A stretch of 63,265 bases of DNA, counting the filler. It is 6 parts of 6 records of this genome, joined end to end, with 100 filler letters (N's around TTAATTAATTAA, not from the genome) between each part and the next. Parts side by side here need not be neighbours in the genome. Positions count along the whole stretch, not along the records: positions 12,353 to 24,444 come from SRR31156797_10109; positions 24,545 to 38,888 come from SRR31156797_10120; 4 more parts are not named here. One strand, given 5' to 3'. A program made the translations under genes and the position numbers. The notes beneath the pieces were generated by a model. It saw only the letters and a program-made list of their open reading frames with translations, was not told where the DNA came from and did no database searches. This document shows positions 19,688-29,045 of this stretch, piece after piece. Position 1 is the first letter of the stretch. Every line of letters starts with the position of its first letter.

Positions 19688-20317
19688 TCAGTTCTGGTCT
19701 TTAAGCGGCGCCACGCCCTGGACCAACACGCGGCGAAACGTGCGCACAAAAAGCGGTCCTTCCAACAGATCCCGGCTTCTGTGCCACTGTAACAACACAC
19801 CGTCATGAATGGCGATGATGGTGTAGGCCAGGGAATGCGAGTCCAACCCGGCATCGAATACGCCCTGGGCTTTTCCGTTTTCGGCAAGGCGCATTAGGAA
19901 CCTGGCGTATTTGAAATATATTCGTCGCAGTTCGGAGGCGAATTCATTTGCCTCGCCGCTGAATTCGGCTGAGAGAGTGGTCAGCAGGACGCAAAGCGCC
20001 CTGTTATTTTCCGCAAATTCGGAAGAAAAAGATACAAAGCGGTGGAGCTTGTCCATGGCGTTTCCAGGGGCGGATTCGACCGCTTTTATAAGTTCGTCCA
20101 AAAAATCCGTTTCAAAGAGCTTGATAAGTGCGAAAAGGAGGTCGGCCTTGCCCTTGAAGTGCGAATACAAGGCGCCCTTGGTTAGGCCGACGGCTTCGGC
20201 AATGGCGGAGATGGAAGTCCCATGATACCCCTGGGTCACGAATAGCCAAGCCGCGGCATCCATAATCCTGGAAATAGTTTGCTCGCTTCGAAGCTTTTTG
20301 GCGCTGAGTTCTTTCAC
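19688..20317 (-). CDS. TetR/AcrR family regulator
   Basis: GYHGTSISAIAEAVGLTKGALYSHFKGK HTH; GTG start with GAGAG RBS. Confidence 0.9.
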   Translation of the reverse strand: MKELSAKKLRSEQTISRIMDAAAWLFVTQGYHGTSISAIAEAVGLTKGALYSHFKGKADLLFALIKLFETDFLDELIKAVESAPGNAMDKLHRFVSFSSEFAENNRALCVLLTTLSAEFSGEANEFASELRRIYFKYARFLMRLAENGKAQGVFDAGLDSHSLAYTIIAIHDGVLLQWHRSRDLLEGPLFVRTFRRVLVQGVAPLKDQN

Positions 20318-20354
20318 ACCAATACCGCTCTCGTTTGGAGTTAATATTCAATTG

Positions 20355-20370
20355 TCCTGATCGTTCAGTA
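20355..20370. promoter_or_regulatory. Putative TetR operator
   Basis: Imperfect palindrome tcCTGAtCGtTCAGta upstream of tetR, near a minus-strand TTGACA at 20393-20398. Confidence 0.45.
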
Positions 20371-20718
20371 TGTAACCGGTTTGATAGATTATTGTCAAAG
20401 GTTTTTTTGAATAAAATTATAATATGGTTTGATTTTATATATATTTTAGGTAGTTACTAATGAGGTGCAGGCGGTGGCTTTTATTTACAAGAAACCTCGA
20501 TATCGATACTAAACGATTAGTCACCTTATAAAACTATTGTGTTGCATAGCGCTAAGCCAATCGACACAGCAAGGTCGACAGGCGGCCATGGCGCCCTTCT
20601 TCGATTTTTAAGTTTGAGGTTGGCATCAATCGTATTTCACAAAATTCACGGATTAGTTCCCCAGATGTGGACTCGTAACTCATCCAACTGCATTATTCGG
20701 GATTGAGTGGTGGTTTCA

Positions 20719-20742
20719 GAAACCGCGCGTGCGCGCGGTTTC
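20719..20742. other. Inverted repeat downstream of the thiolase
   Basis: GAAACCGCGCG-tg-CGCGCGGTTTC, 14 nt after the stop; no clear U-tract. Confidence 0.5.
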
Positions 20743-20756
20743 CAGATGAGTTTTGG

Positions 20757-22010
20757 TTAACGGTCCTTTTGAAGAATGATGACCGAGCAGGCGGCTTCTT
20801 CCAGGCCGATAACGCCGCCGCCGTTTTCCTGGAGCGCGAATTCGGCGCCTTTTACCTGCCGCGGGCCTGCTTCGCCCCTGAGTTGCGTCGACAGTTCATA
20901 GATCATGGACAAACCGGTGGCGCCCACTGGATGTCCTTTTGAAACCAGGCCGCCGGAGGTGTTGATGGGAACTTTGCCGTCCGGACCGGTGGCGCCGGAT
21001 TCGACAAAAGGCCCTCCCTGCCCGATAGGGCAGAAGCCCAGCATTTCGGACTGGTACACCTCGCAAAAGGACGTGGCGTCGTGCACTTCGGCCACGTTGA
21101 TATCTTGCGGGCCGAGCCCGGACATGGCGTAAGCCTTATCCGCTGCAACCTTGCTCAGGCTAGGTTCGTCCAGATCCCGATACTTGCCGCCGGTCATGAC
21201 GCTGGCCCGGATTTTTACCGCCCGGTCTTGAACGGACTGGGGCATATCCTTAAGAAGATCCTTTGAACAGAGCAGGGCCGCGGCCGCGCCGTCGCCAATG
21301 GGAGCGCACATTGAGCGCGTAAGGGGATCGCTGACTATGCGGTCTTCAAGGACTTTTTCCAAAGGCACTTCAAACTGGTACTGGGCCTTGGGATTGAGGG
21401 ATCCATAATGATGGTTTTTGGAGGCGCCCACGGCAATCTGGCGCTGTGTAGTTCCGTATTTCCACATATGGTAGCCGGCCTGCATGGCATAGGTATCCAT
21501 GAACATGGACCGGTTTTCGCCGATTTCAAACGGCTTGCCGCAGGCTTCCGAAGCCTTTTTGTACGCCGCAACCGTATCATCGACAGCGAACTGGTCGATG
21601 CCCATCTCGAACAGTTTGAACTGACGTTCGGGGCTTTCAGGCAGATACATCTTTTCCACGCCCAGGGCCAGGGTCATGTTGGACTGCCCGCTAAGGATGT
21701 CTTTCCAGGCGGAATGAAAGGCCATTGAGGCAGTGGCGCATCCTCCTTCCACGTTTATAACGGGAATCCTTTCGGGAAAGAGCCCTTCCCTTACCAGGGG
21801 AATCAGGCAGACCTGGCCCCTGATGGCCCCTTGTCCGAATTCACCCATGGCGCAGTTGCCGAAGTACGCGAATTCAATCTGGTCGCCGTTATCCAGCCCG
21901 GCGTCCGCCAGTACGCCGAGGTATGCTTCCCTGGTCAGGTCCTTGAAGGAGAGTTCCGGCCATTTTTTGAACTGGGTTGAGTAGGAACCAATGATGTATA
22001 CGTCTGTCAT
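20757..22010 (-). CDS. Thiolase, SCP2/lipid-transfer-protein type
   Basis: NVEGGCATAS catalytic Cys, EVHDATS, NTSGGL.SKGHPVGATG. Confidence 0.88.
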   Translation of the reverse strand: MTDVYIIGSYSTQFKKWPELSFKDLTREAYLGVLADAGLDNGDQIEFAYFGNCAMGEFGQGAIRGQVCLIPLVREGLFPERIPVINVEGGCATASMAFHSAWKDILSGQSNMTLALGVEKMYLPESPERQFKLFEMGIDQFAVDDTVAAYKKASEACGKPFEIGENRSMFMDTYAMQAGYHMWKYGTTQRQIAVGASKNHHYGSLNPKAQYQFEVPLEKVLEDRIVSDPLTRSMCAPIGDGAAAALLCSKDLLKDMPQSVQDRAVKIRASVMTGGKYRDLDEPSLSKVAADKAYAMSGLGPQDINVAEVHDATSFCEVYQSEMLGFCPIGQGGPFVESGATGPDGKVPINTSGGLVSKGHPVGATGLSMIYELSTQLRGEAGPRQVKGAEFALQENGGGVIGLEEAACSVIILQKDR

Positions 22011-22111
22011 GCTATAGGGCCTCCTTGCAAATTATGGTCCGCTCAGAAAAAGACTTCCACGTGATAATTATCGAAATCCAGATCCCTTGCGCGCACCTAT
22101 TGTTGTTTAAA

Positions 22112-22180
22112 TTGGGTTTGCGTAGCGCAACACAAGAATTATCAAGGCGTCGGGTTACGCTAACGCTAACCAACCTAACA
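22112..22180. repeat. Degenerate REP-like inverted pair
   Basis: TTGGGTTTGCGTAGCGCAACACAA facing GTCGGGTTACGCTAACGCTAACCAACCTAAC; each is a short internal palindrome. Confidence 0.5.
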
Positions 22181-22223
22181 AGAGATTAAATGATTTTCTA
22201 TAAATTATTTACGGGACATGATT

Positions 22224-23003
22224 CTATAAGGCAACGGTGAGTCCGCCGTCTACGGGAATGGCGGCGCCGTTGACATATGATGCTTCGTCAGAAGCCAGAA
22301 ATGCGGCCACGGTCGCCACTTCAAAAGGCGAAGCGAATCGCCGCATGGGGACCTGGCGCAGATTGATCTGTTTGATTTTATCATTTTCCCAGGCCGGCCT
22401 GGCCAGGGGGGTATCGATGTAGCCCAGGATCAAGGTATTGGCCCGGATGTTGTACCGGCCGTACCTCCCGGCTATGTGGGTGGTCAGGGCGTTGACCGCT
22501 CCCTTGGATGCGGTGTAGGCCGCATCCGGGAAAGACCTGATGGAGGCCACCGTTGAGATGTTGATGATCGACCCGCCGCCGTTTTCAATCATTTTGGGGA
22601 TGGCGGCCCGGCAGGAGTTAAAGGTCCCGGTTGAGTTGACTTCAAACACACGGCGCCATTCTTCAAGTGAGGCGTCCACAATCTGCTGGAGGCATGCCAC
22701 GCCCTGGTTGTTGTGCAGAATTCCGATTCCGCCCCAGAGTTCCACACATCGGGCCACGGCTGCTTCACACTGCTCGGGATCGGTGACGTCGGCCTGAACG
22801 TAATCGGCCGTCCCGCCTTCAGCTTTGACAGCCTCGGCTGTATTCAGGGCCGCGGCCTCGCTCCGGTCCGCGCAAAGGACTTTTGCCCCCTCGCGGGCGA
22901 ACTGCATTGCCGCCGCCTTACCGTTGCCTATCCCCTCGCCTTCAGTGCCCGCTCCCATAATCAAGGCCGTACGGCCTTCCAGACGTTTGCTCATATTAAT
23001 CAT
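22224..23003 (-). CDS. Short-chain dehydrogenase/reductase
   Basis: GAGTEGEGIG, LHNNQG, NIST, YTASK, PVDGG. Confidence 0.9.
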   Translation of the reverse strand: MINMSKRLEGRTALIMGAGTEGEGIGNGKAAAMQFAREGAKVLCADRSEAAALNTAEAVKAEGGTADYVQADVTDPEQCEAAVARCVELWGGIGILHNNQGVACLQQIVDASLEEWRRVFEVNSTGTFNSCRAAIPKMIENGGGSIINISTVASIRSFPDAAYTASKGAVNALTTHIAGRYGRYNIRANTLILGYIDTPLARPAWENDKIKQINLRQVPMRRFASPFEVATVAAFLASDEASYVNGAAIPVDGGLTVAL

Positions 23004-23809
23004 CCCAGCCAGCGTTTGCGGCGTTTGTAATGCTTGACGTCGCGAAAGCTTTTGACTTCGCCGGTCAGGTTCATTCCCAGGTAGAATTCCTTGATGTCTT
23101 CGTTTTCGCGAAGCTCCTCACCGGTCCCATAAAGCACAATGCGACCGTTTTCAAGGACGTACCCATAGTCTGCGATGGACAGGGCGCCCCGGGCGTTCTG
23201 TTCCACAAGCAGAAAGGTCACGTTTTCTTCATTACGCATTTTCTCAACAAGCTGAAAAATTTCAGTTACTACAAGAGGCGCCAGGCCAAGGGACGGTTCG
23301 TCGAGCAGGATGAGCCTGGGCTTGGCCATGAGCCCACGGCCGATGACCATCATCTGCTGCTGCCCGCCGGACAAGTATCCGGATACCCGACGACGGAAAT
23401 CCTTTAGAATGGGGAAATATCCGTAAACGCGATCCAGAGCTTTCTGCAGTTCGGCACGGCTTTTATGGGGCTTGCCCGAAACGATAAGGTTCTGTTCCAC
23501 GGTCATATGTTCCAGGGTCCGCCGCCCCTCCATAACCTGCACCAGCCCCATGCGCACGATATTCTGAGGTTGCTCCTGGTGAATGGGCCGGCCCTGAAAA
23601 TGAATCGAACCTGCCGTCACTTCGCCGTCCTCGGAATGGAGCAGGCCGGAAACAGCCTTGAGGGTCGTGGTCTTACCGGCGCCGTTGGCCCCGAGCAGGG
23701 CCACGATCTGCCCCTCGGCGACGGACAGATTGATCCCCTTGAGGACCAGGATCACGTCGCTGTAAATCACTTCCACGTTATTGAGTTCCAACAGCATGCC
23801 AATCTCCAT
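23000..23809 (-). CDS. Second LivF-like ABC ATPase
   Basis: GANGAGKT, LSGGQQQM, LDEPSLGLAP; C-terminal VKHYKRRKRWLG. Confidence 0.92.
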   Translation of the reverse strand: MEIGMLLELNNVEVIYSDVILVLKGINLSVAEGQIVALLGANGAGKTTTLKAVSGLLHSEDGEVTAGSIHFQGRPIHQEQPQNIVRMGLVQVMEGRRTLEHMTVEQNLIVSGKPHKSRAELQKALDRVYGYFPILKDFRRRVSGYLSGGQQQMMVIGRGLMAKPRLILLDEPSLGLAPLVVTEIFQLVEKMRNEENVTFLLVEQNARGALSIADYGYVLENGRIVLYGTGEELRENEDIKEFYLGMNLTGEVKSFRDVKHYKRRKRWLG

Positions 23810-23851
23810 CCTGTTTGGCCGCGATTTCCGTCAGCCCCTCGAATTGAATTG

Positions 23852-23896
23852 TGTCCCGATCCGCGAACCGGCTCTTGGCGGCAGCGGATCGGAACA
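23852..23896 (-). other. Hairpin downstream of the SBP gene (possible mRNA stabiliser)
   Basis: TGTcCCGATCCGC ... GCGGATCGGaACA inverted repeat. Confidence 0.45.
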
Positions 23897-23903
23897 TTTT
23901 TGT

Positions 23904-24444
23904 TTATTCTTTCTTCTTACTCCAGGGTTTCAGATCCATGGGAATCTGGAGCCATTCGTCCGTAGCCACGGTGTATTTACCGTCCTTGACAGTCTCAACC
24001 ATGACTTTGACGCCCTCTCCCATTGGAAATGGAGCGTTTTTGGTGAAAGTCAGAGTGGGCATTGTGCCCATGAGTTGCTCCGAAGTGATCGGTTTTTCAA
24101 ACATGGCTTCGTACACAGCCATGCCGTCAACCTTGTCCTTGCCGGCTTTTTTGATCCCGTTTTCAATGGCTCTCACGGCCAGGAGGCTCTGGTTCAAAGC
24201 CATCATGGAGTAGGGATTCCAGAGTTTTTTGGGCAGCTTGTATTTATCGCACAACAGTTCGAAAAACTTGTACCCGTCTCCGCTTTCGCTGGTTACCGCG
24301 ACGTGACCGGCGACCACGAGGTGCCCTTCAAAGGGTTCGTAGGTCTTCATGGCCCTGCCAAAAGGCCAGATGGTGTGATGGGGCGAGGCGATTGTCGGGA
24401 TGTTCACGTCATACAACTGGCAGGCCTTGACATAGGCCGTGGTC
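23904..24444 (-). CDS. Probable ABC substrate-binding protein, C-terminal part
   Basis: Open frame to the contig end; AVRAIENGIKKAG..V.G..V..AM helix typical of Liv SBPs; upstream of a LivF gene. Confidence 0.6.
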
Positions 24445-24544
24445 NNNNNNNNNNNNNNNNNNNNNNNNNNNNNNNNNNNNNNNNNNNNTTAATTAATTAA
24501 NNNNNNNNNNNNNNNNNNNNNNNNNNNNNNNNNNNNNNNNNNNN
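24445..24544. other. Artificial contig spacer
   Basis: N44-TTAATTAATTAA-N44. Confidence 0.99.
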
Positions 24545-24707
24545 TTGGTGATTTGTTTATTTGTCCATTTGTTTTTAAAATACTTTCTACAAAGTGATAT
24601 TTTGTACAAATCAACGAATAATCAAAATTTTCAAAACTACTAATATGCTGATATTCAAAATGTAATATGTGTTTTTAAATCGAGCTCACGTTAAATTTAG
24701 AAGAGCT

Positions 24708-25352
24708 TTATAGTTTTCTTAACACCATTAATCCATCACGAAAAGGAAAAATTACATTTTGCACACGATCATCTTGCTGAACCATTTCATTAAATTTTAA
24801 TACACCTTGTGTATATTCATCCAGATGGTCAGATTTTTCAATTACTTTACCACTCCATAAAACATTGTCAGCTATTATATAACCGCCGTTTTTTACAAAT
24901 GGTAAAACCAATTCATAATAATCAGGATATTGACGCTTATCTCCATCAATAAAGACGAGGTCAAACTTTTCAGTATTCTCCTTCAATAATTCTCTGGCGT
25001 CTTTGATTTGATAGTTGATCTGATTTGCTCTTGAACTTCTATCTAAATAACTTCTTGTAAATGATTCAATTTCATCATTGACATCGCAAGTATATAACAT
25101 TCCCTTTTCAGAAAGTCCTTCAGAAAGACAAATTGTAGAATAACCGGTATAAGTACCTATTTCGAAGATCCGATCAGGACAAATCATTTGGCTGATCATT
25201 GATAATACTCGACCCTGAATATGGCCGGATAGCATTCTGGGACGCAAAATTTTCAAATGAGTTTGCCTGTCAAGTTCTTGAAGTAATTCACTCTCCGGCT
25301 CACTATGAGCTTTGATATAATCATCTAACTGTTCGAAATCGTTATTGAACAT
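24708..25352 (-). CDS. Class I O-methyltransferase (Methyltransf_3 / TrmR-like)
   Basis: MLSGHIQG, EIGTYTGYS, FIDGDK, IADNVLWSG, RDGL. Confidence 0.88.
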   Translation of the reverse strand: MFNNDFEQLDDYIKAHSEPESELLQELDRQTHLKILRPRMLSGHIQGRVLSMISQMICPDRIFEIGTYTGYSTICLSEGLSEKGMLYTCDVNDEIESFTRSYLDRSSRANQINYQIKDARELLKENTEKFDLVFIDGDKRQYPDYYELVLPFVKNGGYIIADNVLWSGKVIEKSDHLDEYTQGVLKFNEMVQQDDRVQNVIFPFRDGLMVLRKL

Positions 25353-26587
25353 TACCTATAAATTAAAGTACTAAATGAATCCGGTCTAAATATTTCATTA
25401 CTTACTTCCATAACCTGTTCAGCTGAAATTTTTTCTATGCGTGCAATGGTCTCTTTTATGGTATCGGAAGTATTGAAAAACAACATATTTTTTCCCATGG
25501 CTAGCATCAAGTTACTGTAATTCTCTGACGCGATGGCAATTTGCCCCATAAGTTGATTGCGCCCTCGTGATAATTGAAGGGTGCCGGCCTTTTGCTCTCG
25601 CAGTTTTTTTAACTCCTTTTGAATACTATTCAATGATTTTTCAACTTTTGACTTATCAGTACCAAAGTAAATCCCTAATACTCCTGCATCAGAATAAGCC
25701 GTATAAAATGATTCTACATGATATACCAAACCTTTATTCTCCCTTAATTCCCTGTTAAGCCTAGTATTCATTGCAGGTCCTGCCAACATATTGGAAATCA
25801 ACCTTAAAATATAGCGATTGGGATGTGAATGATGATATGCTCCAATACCAGTAATGCAATGTGCTTGATTAGTGCGTTTTTTCATTGTCTTTTCAAAAAC
25901 CTCAGTAGAACTAACCTCTAATCGCTTTTCTTCACGAATTGATTTTGGATGTGTCTCAAAATATTGCTCTCCCCATCTCACTAATAACTCTGGCTTTATA
26001 TTTCCCACAGAAGTAATCACAATTTGATCAGTATGGTACATCCTCGATCTGAAATTGCGTATATCCTGACGTGTGATAGCTTTTACCGATTTTGGTGTTC
26101 CTAAAATATTTCGCCCAATTGGATGTTTGGCAAAAATCAATTCTTCAAAGTCATCAAAAATTAATTCAGAAGGACTATCCTTATACATTTGGATTTCTTC
26201 CAAGACCACATCTTTCTCTTTCTCTATCTCTTTCTCGGGATAAATTGCATTGAAAGTTATATCTGCTAGCAATTCTAAAGTGCGCTTATAATGTCGATTT
26301 AAAAATGATGTATAGAAACAAGTCAATTCTTTTGTTGTATATGCATCAATTTCTCCTCCCACATCTTCAATACGCCCTATAATATGAAAAGCTTTGCGGT
26401 TTTTAGTTCCTTTAAAAGCCATATGCTCAAGCAAATGGGCCATGCCATGCTCATTTTTCAATTCATCACGCGTTCCGGTATTGATAACAACACCACAATG
26501 AGCCACAGATGTACTAGATGGCAAATGTATCAGCCTCACTCCATTTGAGAACTGATGTGTAAAAAATGTCGACTTCACTAAATTCAT
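25352..26587 (-). CDS. M16 family metallopeptidase
   Basis: GMAHLLEHMAFKGT inverted zinc motif, AYTTKE, LRE.KGLVY. Confidence 0.92.
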   Translation of the reverse strand: MNLVKSTFFTHQFSNGVRLIHLPSSTSVAHCGVVINTGTRDELKNEHGMAHLLEHMAFKGTKNRKAFHIIGRIEDVGGEIDAYTTKELTCFYTSFLNRHYKRTLELLADITFNAIYPEKEIEKEKDVVLEEIQMYKDSPSELIFDDFEELIFAKHPIGRNILGTPKSVKAITRQDIRNFRSRMYHTDQIVITSVGNIKPELLVRWGEQYFETHPKSIREEKRLEVSSTEVFEKTMKKRTNQAHCITGIGAYHHSHPNRYILRLISNMLAGPAMNTRLNRELRENKGLVYHVESFYTAYSDAGVLGIYFGTDKSKVEKSLNSIQKELKKLREQKAGTLQLSRGRNQLMGQIAIASENYSNLMLAMGKNMLFFNTSDTIKETIARIEKISAEQVMEVSNEIFRPDSFSTLIYR

Positions 26588-26736
26588 GGATGCAAAATTA
26601 ATCTATTCAGTCGGTTACACAATTCAATTCAAAAAATCATCGTTAAAAAAATCACTTGAGACAAATTATTAAAAATTAATACCAAGACGCACAACCTAAT
26701 ACGGGTTAAGTTGTTATCGTTGTAGACAAATATATT

Positions 26737-27675
26737 ATGGCACAAAAAGATACCATTTCAAAATGCCTCTCATGTGGCTCTGAAAAATTAAATCATTTAA
26801 TAACCACCTCGGCTCAAATGCATGATACCGATGAAGCATTTAACTTTGTACAGTGTGGTAATTGTAGCTTAGTTATGCTTAATCCAAGGGTTAAGGAAAC
26901 TGAATTACATCAATACTATACGGATTATTATTTACCCTTTAGAGGACCCTCAGCTTGGGGAAAATATGCACATCTGGTTACGAGAAATTTAAATAAAACG
27001 GACAAAAAAAGAGTTCAAATCTCCACCAAAGCAGCCTCCCTAACTAAAAATAGCAGAATACTTGATGTTGGATGCGGCAAACCAAGCTATTTAAACCTAT
27101 TGCAAGAAAAAACAGGGGCATATTGCAAAGGAATTGATTTTACAGACGAAGGATGGAAAAACGAACCTGAAAAATATTCCAATCTAGATCTTGAAGTTGC
27201 AGAATTTCATCAATTCAATTCGGATAAACCCTTTGACCTTATAACCATGTGGCACTATCTTGAACATGATTATCATCCCGTAGAGACACTTAAACAAATG
27301 AAAAATGTTTCGCACGAAAGCACAAGAATGCTTATTGAAGTGCCAAACTTCAACTCATGGACAAGGAAAGTTCAAAAATCACATTGGGAAGGATATCATA
27401 CCCCAAGACATACTGCCATATATGAACCTAAGACAATCGCAAAGTTACTTGAAAACTCTGGATGGAAAGCTGAAAGCATTAAACCTTATGGAACCCTTGA
27501 TCCATATCCATTATATTGGATGGGACAACAAGAAAAAAAGGGAATAGATTGGAGTCAATCAATGGAGTCTAAATTTGTAGGATTTGTTGCCGGAATGATT
27601 CTAACTTCACCCATTTTTATGCTTAAGAAGTGGATCCCGACAGGTATAATGACCATTGTGGCTAAACCAGCTTAG
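26737..27675 (+). CDS. Class I SAM-dependent methyltransferase with N-terminal CxxC..CxxC
   Basis: CLSC..CGNC..NPR; LDVGCG; ITMWHYLEH; IEVPN; PRH. Confidence 0.85.
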   Translation: MAQKDTISKCLSCGSEKLNHLITTSAQMHDTDEAFNFVQCGNCSLVMLNPRVKETELHQYYTDYYLPFRGPSAWGKYAHLVTRNLNKTDKKRVQISTKAASLTKNSRILDVGCGKPSYLNLLQEKTGAYCKGIDFTDEGWKNEPEKYSNLDLEVAEFHQFNSDKPFDLITMWHYLEHDYHPVETLKQMKNVSHESTRMLIEVPNFNSWTRKVQKSHWEGYHTPRHTAIYEPKTIAKLLENSGWKAESIKPYGTLDPYPLYWMGQQEKKGIDWSQSMESKFVGFVAGMILTSPIFMLKKWIPTGIMTIVAKPA

Positions 27676-27699
27676 AAGATAAAAGTAAAAGATAAAAAA

Positions 27700-28398
27700 T
27701 TAAAAAGGTAGCAATCTCTCTCCCAGCCATGTTCCAACAGACTTATATGGCCTGAATCGTGAGAATAATTCTTCTGAATACCAGTTTAATTCACGGGTTT
27801 TCTTTACGACCTTCATATGTTCATGATTTTTATAAGCATAGTCTAGCATCGATTTCTCATCTTTCCACAAACTAAAGGTAGCCATCTGCTTAATGGGCCA
27901 CTCTCCAACGCCTTTGGCATATATTAAACCATCATATTTTTCAAGAGTTTTACTGGTTCCGGGCACATACCGCCAAAATCGAATCAAATGCTTAGTAGCA
28001 ATTGTAGCTCTGGTAATTACTACAGTATAATCACCAGGTACATCTTTCTCAGGTTTAAACGGATTTTGTTTTGACCATAAACCATGAGATTTTATTGGGT
28101 GCATGTAAACTGTAAATTGCTCAATACTTTTTTTCCGATATAATTTATGAAGGTCTCCATTGTTTAAAAAATCATCTGCTTGTTCTTCACTTTCCCACAC
28201 AGTAAGCAATGCATATGTAGAAAAATCGGCCGAAACTTTAAATCCGTTACCTGACCCTGTTCCCATTAGTTTGTAAAATTTCAAACCATCTATATTCTTT
28301 AAATACTTATGGGCAAACTGCATCATGGTAAAAGCCCAAAACTTTCTCGAAAATCCCTTATATTTCAATAAGGTCATTGTAACAATAGGTGATTGCAT
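27700..28398 (-). CDS. CrtA-like (spheroidene monooxygenase / carotenoid hydroxylase) protein
   Basis: FYKLMGTGSG.GF, HG.WS, TRA, G.GEWP..Q.TFSLW, YAY...H, EELF.RF. Confidence 0.75.
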   Translation of the reverse strand: MQSPIVTMTLLKYKGFSRKFWAFTMMQFAHKYLKNIDGLKFYKLMGTGSGNGFKVSADFSTYALLTVWESEEQADDFLNNGDLHKLYRKKSIEQFTVYMHPIKSHGLWSKQNPFKPEKDVPGDYTVVITRATIATKHLIRFWRYVPGTSKTLEKYDGLIYAKGVGEWPIKQMATFSLWKDEKSMLDYAYKNHEHMKVVKKTRELNWYSEELFSRFRPYKSVGTWLGERLLPF

Positions 28399-28654
28399 AA
28401 AAAATTATATTAAGCATTTCAATTCTTTAACAAAGGTACCATGTAAATGTTAAAATTTATCTAAAAATCTCATTTAATCTAAATTATAGCCAACAAGAAC
28501 TGTTAAAATCTATTTTTTAACAAATCATTTCAAAAAAATATATGCAGAATTCATCGATACGTTTAAAAAAATCATTATGTTTGTCACAATAAAAGAATAA
28601 AACATCCGTAATTCGTATAAATAAACTGAATATTAACACTTAAGCTTAAATGAT

Positions 28655-28978
28655 ATGAGAAAGTTACTTTTTATCCTTGCAATAGCAGGTATTTTCGCAG
28701 CATGTAGTTCAGCAAACAGCCAGGATGCTGCAGATAGTAAAGCAAAAACAGAAATGACAGAAAAGAAATCTGATTGTGGTAATGATAAGGCAGATAAAGA
28801 AGCTAAGTCAGATTGCGACACAAAAGAAGCAAAATCAGATTGTGAAACCAAAGAAGCTAAAAAATCTGATTGTGGTGGAGATAAAACTTCTAAAACAGAA
28901 GCTAAAACAGGTTGTGGAGGTAAAGATAAGAAATCAGACTGTGGTGGCACAAGTGTAGCAGGTAACGTTCCTTGCTAA
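28655..28978 (+). CDS. Small lipoprotein with Lys/Glu-rich KSDC repeats
   Basis: MRK-hydrophobic-FAAC lipobox; 5x KSDC + KTGC + terminal Cys; Bacteroidota -7 TATGTTTG at 28576-28583; terminator follows. Confidence 0.8.
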   Translation: MRKLLFILAIAGIFAACSSANSQDAADSKAKTEMTEKKSDCGNDKADKEAKSDCDTKEAKSDCETKEAKKSDCGGDKTSKTEAKTGCGGKDKKSDCGGTSVAGNVPC

Positions 28979-28995
28979 ACTATAACTTAAAAACT

Positions 28996-29033
28996 AAAAG
29001 CCGGTTCAAATTAATTGGACCGGCTTTCTTTTT
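28996..29033. terminator. Bidirectional intrinsic terminator
   Basis: AAAGCCGGTTCAA / TTGGACCGGCTTT stem with A- and T-tracts between convergent genes. Confidence 0.8.
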
Positions 29034-29045
29034 ATAATTTTCCTT

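Noticed and set aside
267-24500. Many antisense and alternate-frame ORFs in the GC-rich contigs
   Set aside because: Shadows of well-supported genes, with no recognisable motifs.
28633-28950. Antisense ORF with QSDF repeats; possible CRISPR-like repeats
   Set aside because: Mirror of the KSDC lipoprotein. The repeats are codon-level with no constant repeat/spacer structure; I saw no CRISPR array or cas gene in the window.
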